Shown here one piece after another: positions 26,979 to 32,000 of a stretch of DNA of 32,000 bases (the stretch's first letter is position 1; each line of letters begins with the position of its first letter). This DNA is from an uncultured Chitinophagaceae bacterium (lineage in GTDB: Bacteria > Bacteroidota > Ignavibacteria > UBA10030 > UBA8401). Location: positions 49,262 to 81,261 of the forward strand of contig CAYTOA010000004.1 in assembly GCA_964439265.1 (NCBI GenBank), written 5' to 3'. Made by a program: the position numbers and the translations under genes. The notes beneath the pieces are model-generated. The model ran no database searches. It saw only the letters and a list, made by a program, of their open reading frames with translations, and was not told the origin of the DNA.

Positions 26979-28109
26979 TTACAGAACGAAATTCACTTGC
27001 AGACCGTAGAGCGGTCCCGCAATGTCGGAGCGGTCAAAACTCTTGCTGATGGCAATACCGTTGTAGAAACCGGTCAACCCAACATTTCTGCTCAATCGCA
27101 GTGACAACCCGGCATAGTACGACTCTGGAAGTCCGCTGTTCTTGAAGGAGACATCGAACCCGCCGGCAAGGTCGAGCATGAGGATTCCGGGACCTACCTG
27201 ATCATTTCCTATGATTTCAAATGAAAGTCCGGGCATGACAATGATCCCCATCAATCCGAACTTCGATGTTCCAATCAACCGTGAATCAATATAGAACTTC
27301 AAAAAATTCATGATCGTCGCCATCTCGTTCAGGCGGTAACCAATGGAATAATATCCAACCGAATTGCCGGAATCTTTGACCCCAAAAGTGTAGGAATTGC
27401 CGAGGTTGAAACCAACGGTGAGATAATTCTCGATGAGACCTGTCTTCCTTTTGAGTGCATATTCTGCTGCAAGCTCAGACCCGGGATCGGTCGGCAGAAT
27501 GCGATACTCCGCCTTCAGTTCTTTGCTCCATACCGTGATCCCATTGAGGTCGTTTATGTTCAGAAACATAATAATTTGGTTCGACGAAACCAAAACATCG
27601 GTGGAAACAATACCGTCGACATTGTGCGCCTTCGCATACGTGCGTATCTCATCTTCCGTGTATGTGTTCTTCACCTGAAGAGTGCTGTCCGTGGCTTTGA
27701 ACGACAGTGTCTTAAGATCCTGTGCGCCCACGGCAGCAAATCTCCGGTCTTTCGTCAACGCGTTCTTCAATTTCCCCTCGAAATAACTCGATAGAAACTG
27801 AATCTCCGAATATGTCAACTCTTCCTTGAAGGGCCAACGGACTTTCGTCTTGTACAACAACAATGTCCTGATGCTTGGACTGACTTCTTTTAACATCGGC
27901 GTCATCGCTGACAGAGCAGTATCCAAAGCAATGTCGAATTTTGGAAAGATTGAAATGAGTTTCGAGTTTTCCGTCGACGGGATTTTTGCTACAGAGGGTT
28001 GAGGCTCTTGGCTTTGTGATTGTTGTTGGGCTTTGGCTGCGAAGGAGAGCAAAACAGTTGAAAAAACGATAAAAGCAATTACAGGAAGATGATTTTGCCG
28101 AGATTGCAT
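26979..28109 (-). CDS. Signal-peptide envelope protein: periplasmic alpha/beta N-domain plus putative outer-membrane beta-barrel C-terminal half
   Basis: 376-aa ORF with a signal peptide (VIAFIVFSTVLLSFAAKA|QQ). Residues ~90-200 show a pattern (LKNALTKDRRFAAVG...AKAHNVDGIVSTDVLVSSNQIIMFLNINDLNGITVWS) reminiscent of LpoB/CsgG/TolB-N/FlgO-type periplasmic domains. Residues ~215-376 have alternating hydrophobic/polar strands with G/Y/F-rich turns (YLTVGFNLGNSYTFGV, VGYYSIGYRL, GLSFEIIG, MLDLAGGFDVSF, YYAGLSLRLS, LYGLQVNFVL), suggestive of a small beta-barrel. No family is recognised. Confidence 0.45.
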   Translation of the reverse strand: MQSRQNHLPVIAFIVFSTVLLSFAAKAQQQSQSQEPQPSVAKIPSTENSKLISIFPKFDIALDTALSAMTPMLKEVSPSIRTLLLYKTKVRWPFKEELTYSEIQFLSSYFEGKLKNALTKDRRFAAVGAQDLKTLSFKATDSTLQVKNTYTEDEIRTYAKAHNVDGIVSTDVLVSSNQIIMFLNINDLNGITVWSKELKAEYRILPTDPGSELAAEYALKRKTGLIENYLTVGFNLGNSYTFGVKDSGNSVGYYSIGYRLNEMATIMNFLKFYIDSRLIGTSKFGLMGIIVMPGLSFEIIGNDQVGPGILMLDLAGGFDVSFKNSGLPESYYAGLSLRLSRNVGLTGFYNGIAISKSFDRSDIAGPLYGLQVNFVL

Positions 28110-28249
28110 GGTGTTTGTCTGCTCATTGTGATTGGAAGGGAATTTTGATTACTACCCACAGCGCGATCCCAAAAACCAGCATTACATTATAGAAGTAATT
28201 ATCGCAATCAATTTAAATACTTCTTGCAAACTATCGTCTAATTGGCCTT

Positions 28250-28277
28250 AATATAACAGAAAATTTAGATTTGTCAA
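28250..28277 (-). promoter_or_regulatory. Candidate sigma70-type promoter with extended -10 for the five-gene operon
   Basis: The minus strand reads TTGACA-aatctaaattttcTGtTATATT: a perfect -35, a 16-nt spacer, a TGn extension and a -10 with 5/6 match. It lies ~140 nt upstream of the ATG at 28109. It is unknown whether the host's primary sigma factor uses this consensus. Confidence 0.35.
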
Positions 28278-28586
28278 GGAGAAACTGGGTATTTTGGGCG
28301 ATTTGCAACAGCTGAAGAAGAAAGGAAGGTTACTCTCGCGAAAAGGGGTAAATTGTGCCAGGCAAACCAACAAATTCGACGATATCCGGAGGATTCAGAC
28401 CTCCGAATACTCAAAATTGAGGGAATGTGCAGAAGTTTGCGGGAAACCTCTAATATCAATTATTGGTACCGCTAGAACACGCTGACATATTTGCACGAGG
28501 ACGGATCTGAAACGTAGTCTCCTGCCTTGAGGCATCAACACATTTGATCATGGTCATGATAGGCATTGAAGCTGGCTGCGTCAGCA

Positions 28587-31247
28587 TTATTGGTTTTCAT
28601 CCTTTTTTGGAAAAATATCAGGATACAGCCTTGTGGCGCAATCCGGGCAGAGACTGTGCGAAAGCTTGGCCTCAGAATGCGTTGAGAGATATGCTTCCAG
28701 AAGGTTCCAGTAACCCGAATCATCCCTAATTTTTTTGCAGCTAGCGCAGATCGGAATCAATCCGCCCAGGACCTTGATTTTTGCCAGTGAATCTTCGACC
28801 CGTTCTTTGAGAATTTTTTCTCGTTGAAGAAGCTGCCACACTCTGGCGCGATAGATTCCAAACATGAACCCGAACAAGATGACAGAGATCAACACGTAGA
28901 ACCAGCGAGCCTGGTAGAAGTGAGGAGCAAGAGTAAAATCAAAGGAAGCGCCTTCAAGATTCCATACGCCGTCGTTATTGCACGCGATGACTCTAAAATT
29001 GTATTGGCCGGGGGGAATATTCGTATACAACGCCGTACGCCGGGAACTCGTTTCCTTCCAGACGTCGTCGTAACCAACAAGCTTATATTTGAACTGCACT
29101 TTTTCCGAAGCGGTGTAGCTCAGGCCGGCATACTGGAATTCTACTTCCCCCTTCCCGGCCGGCGCTGATGCGTGCAGCGTTGGAACATACGATTTCCTGT
29201 CAATCATGGCCTCTTCAATAACCACTGGAGGAGGGATCGAGTTCGTCATCAATGCGCCGGGGTCAATCACAACAATGCCTTTCGTGGTTGGGAAGATAAG
29301 TCTCCCGTCGGCAGTTTTTGATCCAGCAGGCTGGGCATTGCCGTTGCACTCGCTCGTTATCATGCCGTCCGAAATGCCGAATGACATACAGCGGACAGAG
29401 GATTTTTTGCCGTCCGCAAACTCGTTTAGATCTTCTATGCTGGCCCGGTAGATACCTTTGTTGCAGCTCATCCAGAGATTACGGTCGTCGTCCTCCAGAA
29501 TTTGAAATACCGCATCATTAAACAATCCCGATTTGCTGGAGATGTGCGAGAACGATTGGTTCTTATATCGGTAGAGTCCTCCTCCATACGTTCCAATCCA
29601 CATGGTGCCGTCCTTGTCTTCATGGAAAGCGTAGACGGGCTCGGTCGGACATCCTTCTGAAACATTAAATGCTGTAACTTCATTTTTCTTCCAGCGGATC
29701 ATCCCTCCGTTGTGACCTATCCAGATGCTCCCGCTACTATCGCGATAGAGCGTTCGAATCATAGTATTCGACAGGTTCAGATTCCCCACCGACGTAATAG
29801 TTCCATTTTTGAATTCACTCAGAGTACCATGAGCTGTCCCGATCCACATCGATCCGTCGGGAAGCGGAAGAAGCGCTCTCACATCGTCATAAGCCGGTCC
29901 ATTCTTTCCCGTGAAGGTTTTGAATTTGCCATCCTTGAAACGCACAACGCCAGAACTCGTAGCAAGCCATACTGCATCGTCTTTATCCTGAACAATCGCG
30001 CGAATCAAATTGGCGGGTAAGCCGTTTTTTGTATTGAACACATCGAACCTATTTGACAGAACGTGGATCGCCCCCCAGCCAATAGTGCCGATCCATACGC
30101 TTCCTTCCCGCGATTGGTATATCGCATCCGAGTTCTCCTCGTCACTCCCGTTTTGACCGGCCATGTGTGCAAAATTTCCCTCCCAAAGACGATTGATCCC
30201 GTCGCTGGAGGTCCCAACCCACACATTGCCCTCGCGGTCATTCATGACGGAAAAAACGAAATTGCTTGAAAGTCCGTCTTTTGTTCCGACTGCTGTAAAC
30301 TTTCCGCCTGAAAGTCGATTTATTCCGCCGAACTCCGTCCCAATCCACAAATCACCTTTTGGATCTTGCGCAATACATTGAACAGAGTTGTCGGACAGAC
30401 CTTCGGCTTTCCCATAGATTTTGAGAGTGCCGCCGCGAAACTTCACCAAGCCTTTTGGTGTCCCGACCCAGATCGAACTATCACGACCAACACAGAGGGC
30501 TGTTATATCCTCGCTCGGAAGACCTTGAGGCTTCTTCAAAAAAGCAGATCGGTCGTTCATCATGCGATTGACCCCGGCATTCGTCCCTATCCATATGGTT
30601 CCTTCAAAGTCTTCAGCGAAGGAGGAGACAGAATTGCTGGAAAGACCTTCAGTGACAGTATAATGTCGAAATTTGCCATCCACGATACTGTAGATTCCAT
30701 TATCCGCAGTCCCTATCCATGCCCCGCCGCGTCGATCTTTGAATAAGGTTTGGATCCGAGTCTTCGCTAAAATCTGAGCGCCTGCAGAAAATTGACCGTC
30801 CTTCAGCTGCGTCATTCCTTCGAACGTACCGATGAGAAGGGAACCGTCATCAAGTTCAATGAGAGAGGTTACGTTGTTGTGCGGAATGGCGGGCGTGTTT
30901 TCCCTGTCAAACACAGTGAACCGTGCGCCGTCATATCGAACCAGGCCCTCTTCAGTTCCGAACCAGATAAAGCCATCTCTCGTTTGGATAATTGATCGAA
31001 CGGTACCCTGCGGCAAACCATCTGCAATAGACCACGAGCGAACAGAAAAACGAGTAAGAAATTTTTGTGGAATTCCCTTTTGTCTTGCACTGCCAGCCGA
31101 ATCCAGGCCACGCGGAAATGCTCGCATGCAGACAACAAGAATGAACGGCAGAATGCAGGCGCCCGCTCGGGCTGCCATTCGGAATGCAGATGCCGCAAAC
31201 TGTGAACTCACTGGGAATTTCTCCTTGAAGGAAATCAGGACGGGCAC
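28587..31247 (-). CDS. Transmembrane sensor: periplasmic two-component-regulator beta-propeller repeats + Y_Y_Y domain, TM helix, cytoplasmic coiled coil and C-terminal four-Cys motif
   Basis: 886-aa ORF with an N-terminal hydrophobic anchor (ACILPFILVVCMRAF). It has more than 12 repeats of the D-x-x-G-x-[IL]-W-[IV]-G-T pattern (RDGFIWFGT, RRGGAWIGT, FEGTIWIGT, DSSIWVGT, KGDLWIGT, EGNVWVGT, EGSVWIGT, DGSMWIGT, SGSIWIGH, DGTMWIGT, DRNLWMS). The Y_Y_Y/Ig-like domain reads VEFQYAGLSYTASEKVQFKYKLVGYDDVWKE...PPGQYNFRVIACNNDGVWN, and the TM helix WFYVLISVILFGFMFGIY. The tail ends in GGLIPICASCKKIRDDSGYWNLLEAYLSTHSEAKLSHSLCPDCATRLY. There is no HisKA/HATPase, GGDEF or HTH domain. The start could alternatively be the in-frame ATG at 31178. 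Confidence 0.85.
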   Translation of the reverse strand: MPVLISFKEKFPVSSQFAASAFRMAARAGACILPFILVVCMRAFPRGLDSAGSARQKGIPQKFLTRFSVRSWSIADGLPQGTVRSIIQTRDGFIWFGTEEGLVRYDGARFTVFDRENTPAIPHNNVTSLIELDDGSLLIGTFEGMTQLKDGQFSAGAQILAKTRIQTLFKDRRGGAWIGTADNGIYSIVDGKFRHYTVTEGLSSNSVSSFAEDFEGTIWIGTNAGVNRMMNDRSAFLKKPQGLPSEDITALCVGRDSSIWVGTPKGLVKFRGGTLKIYGKAEGLSDNSVQCIAQDPKGDLWIGTEFGGINRLSGGKFTAVGTKDGLSSNFVFSVMNDREGNVWVGTSSDGINRLWEGNFAHMAGQNGSDEENSDAIYQSREGSVWIGTIGWGAIHVLSNRFDVFNTKNGLPANLIRAIVQDKDDAVWLATSSGVVRFKDGKFKTFTGKNGPAYDDVRALLPLPDGSMWIGTAHGTLSEFKNGTITSVGNLNLSNTMIRTLYRDSSGSIWIGHNGGMIRWKKNEVTAFNVSEGCPTEPVYAFHEDKDGTMWIGTYGGGLYRYKNQSFSHISSKSGLFNDAVFQILEDDDRNLWMSCNKGIYRASIEDLNEFADGKKSSVRCMSFGISDGMITSECNGNAQPAGSKTADGRLIFPTTKGIVVIDPGALMTNSIPPPVVIEEAMIDRKSYVPTLHASAPAGKGEVEFQYAGLSYTASEKVQFKYKLVGYDDVWKETSSRRTALYTNIPPGQYNFRVIACNNDGVWNLEGASFDFTLAPHFYQARWFYVLISVILFGFMFGIYRARVWQLLQREKILKERVEDSLAKIKVLGGLIPICASCKKIRDDSGYWNLLEAYLSTHSEAKLSHSLCPDCATRLYPDIFPKKDENQ

Positions 31248-31622
31248 ACCACTGGCCTCAATCCACTATAATATCGTCAATATTTATGCCAACAGGAAGG
31301 TATATTGATGGGGCGGATTCGCGTTTCTAGTTGCGGTTGTATTCTCGCTCTGCGGGATCTGTGAAAAAATAATTCCTGGACCAAACGGCGGGATGTCCGG
31401 GGCTGGGGCTCCGTTTGAAATGCTGGTCAAATATCCGCACTTAGTTGCACAATGGTGCTTAGCCGGATATTAGAAAATTCTCACAACGGTATGCAGAGGG
31501 GAGGTAATGAACATGGTGAGCGTACGACGACTATAATGCCGACAACCAGCCTTAGACAAAGATTCTGCTGAACTTCGCAATCGGTCTAACAAACCGCAGA
31601 AGCGTTCAAAACTGGTGTAAGG

Positions 31623-31859
31623 TCATCTCACCCGTCTCACATAGTGATGATTTCTTCCGCTCGTGAGGGCGAGCGTGAGGATCATCCAACTCGTTGTCCC
31701 AGTAATTACGATCCCAAGGTCCATTGCTGCAGAGATGTCTCGAAAGAACCCATAAGCGACAATAAGAACGCCGAAGAGGAGCACTATGCCTAAGCCGATC
31801 GTTCGTGAGTCCACCGGTATTGCGGTTCTGAATCTTGCTCCACTCAATAACTTTTTCAT
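31623..31859 (-). CDS. Hypothetical small membrane protein (two predicted TM helices)
   Basis: 78-aa ORF with two hydrophobic stretches (IGLGIVLLFGVLIVAYGFF and LGIVITGTTSWMILTLALT). No family is recognised. It is supported only by ORF length and hydrophobicity. Confidence 0.3.
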   Translation of the reverse strand: MKKLLSGARFRTAIPVDSRTIGLGIVLLFGVLIVAYGFFRDISAAMDLGIVITGTTSWMILTLALTSGRNHHYVRRVR

Positions 31860-32000
31860 AACCTAATAAATTGAAAATTCGTTTCTTTCTTTATCGGCAA
31901 CGCGAACAGGGTTTAATAATACGGCCCCAAAACGAACATAGAAGAATCAGTTCTTCGGGGGTTCCAAACTGTAACCAAGTTGTTCCATAAAATACAGGCC

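Noticed and set aside
22829-28109. Alternative reading of the five-gene operon as a divergent Tol-Pal or TonB-type system, or as a Zorya (ZorAB) anti-phage system.
   Set aside because: The channel subunit has 4 TM helices, a large TM2-TM3 cytoplasmic loop and both MotA prolines, which is MotA-like; TolQ/ExbB have 3 TM helices. The partner has a MotB-type TM segment with Asp plus an OmpA domain, which is not TolR/ExbD-like. There are no TolA/TonB, TolB or Pal equivalents. The MotA-like protein lacks the long C-terminal tail of ZorA, and no ZorC/ZorD-like nuclease or helicase genes are present. None of these systems contains a FliG-like protein.
28274-28729. Short ORFs (61-63 aa on both strands) in and around the sensor/motor-operon spacer. 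These could in principle be small regulators.
   Set aside because: They overlap each other on opposite strands or overlap the sensor 3' end. They have no RBS-like context I can see, no hydrophobic or zinc-finger pattern and no family resemblance. They cannot be supported as genes from sequence alone.
31248-31622. A 375-nt ORF-free region upstream of the sensor gene containing a 7-bp inverted repeat (CAAACGG...CCGTTTG around 31385-31420). It was considered as a possible ncRNA, riboswitch or terminator.
   Set aside because: The stem encloses a 22-nt loop and has no U-tract on either strand. I recognise no known riboswitch or sRNA consensus. This is most simply a promoter/leader region, and nothing can be claimed without comparative data.
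1-32000. I scanned for CRISPR arrays, tandem repeats, IS elements/transposases, toxin-antitoxin pairs and tRNA/rRNA genes.
   Set aside because: By eye I found no regularly spaced direct repeats, no transposase- or integrase-like ORFs, no small adjacent TA-like ORF pairs and no tRNA-like cloverleaf other than the tmRNA acceptor/T-arm. A computational repeat finder or tRNAscan could still reveal something I missed.

Overview
The window looks like a chromosomal segment from a Gram-negative, FCB-group-like bacterium. Ignavibacteria, Chlorobi or Bacteroidetes relatives are my guess from gene content (bshC, tmRNA tag ending in ...YALAA); this is inference, not a search result. About 85% of the window is ordinary housekeeping. 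On the plus strand: rbfA(partial)-truB-ribF-rpsO-pnp, aroA, an orphan MalK/MsmX-type ABC ATPase, an SDR, and yqeY-cvpA-mutS2-accC-BCCP-purL. On the minus strand: bshC, a lipid kinase, dapF, a tmRNA gene, and sirB1-like/LOG/GAF-fRMsr/ygfZ genes. No CRISPR array, transposase, integrase or obvious compositional island is visible. The stand-out region is a compact five-gene minus-strand operon at about 22.8-28.3 kb, bounded by a near-consensus extended -10 promoter and a perfect 9-bp-stem terminator. It encodes a signal-peptide protein with a beta-barrel-like C-terminal half, a secreted TPR protein, a MotA-like stator subunit, a MotB-like stator subunit and a 606-aa chimera. The MotA-like protein has 4 TM segments and both conserved prolines; the MotB-like protein has the plug/TM aspartate and an OmpA peptidoglycan-binding domain. 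The chimera has a signal/anchor, a short FliF/YscJ-like periplasmic segment, a coiled coil, a TM helix and a full-length FliG-like cytoplasmic region. No other flagellar gene lies in the window, so I read this as a candidate stand-alone stator-plus-rotor envelope machine of unknown output. Directly upstream on the same strand is an 886-aa beta-propeller/Y_Y_Y transmembrane sensor. Its cytoplasmic output is only a ~50-aa four-cysteine motif (PICASCKKIRDDSGYW...HSLCPDC) instead of a kinase or cyclase.
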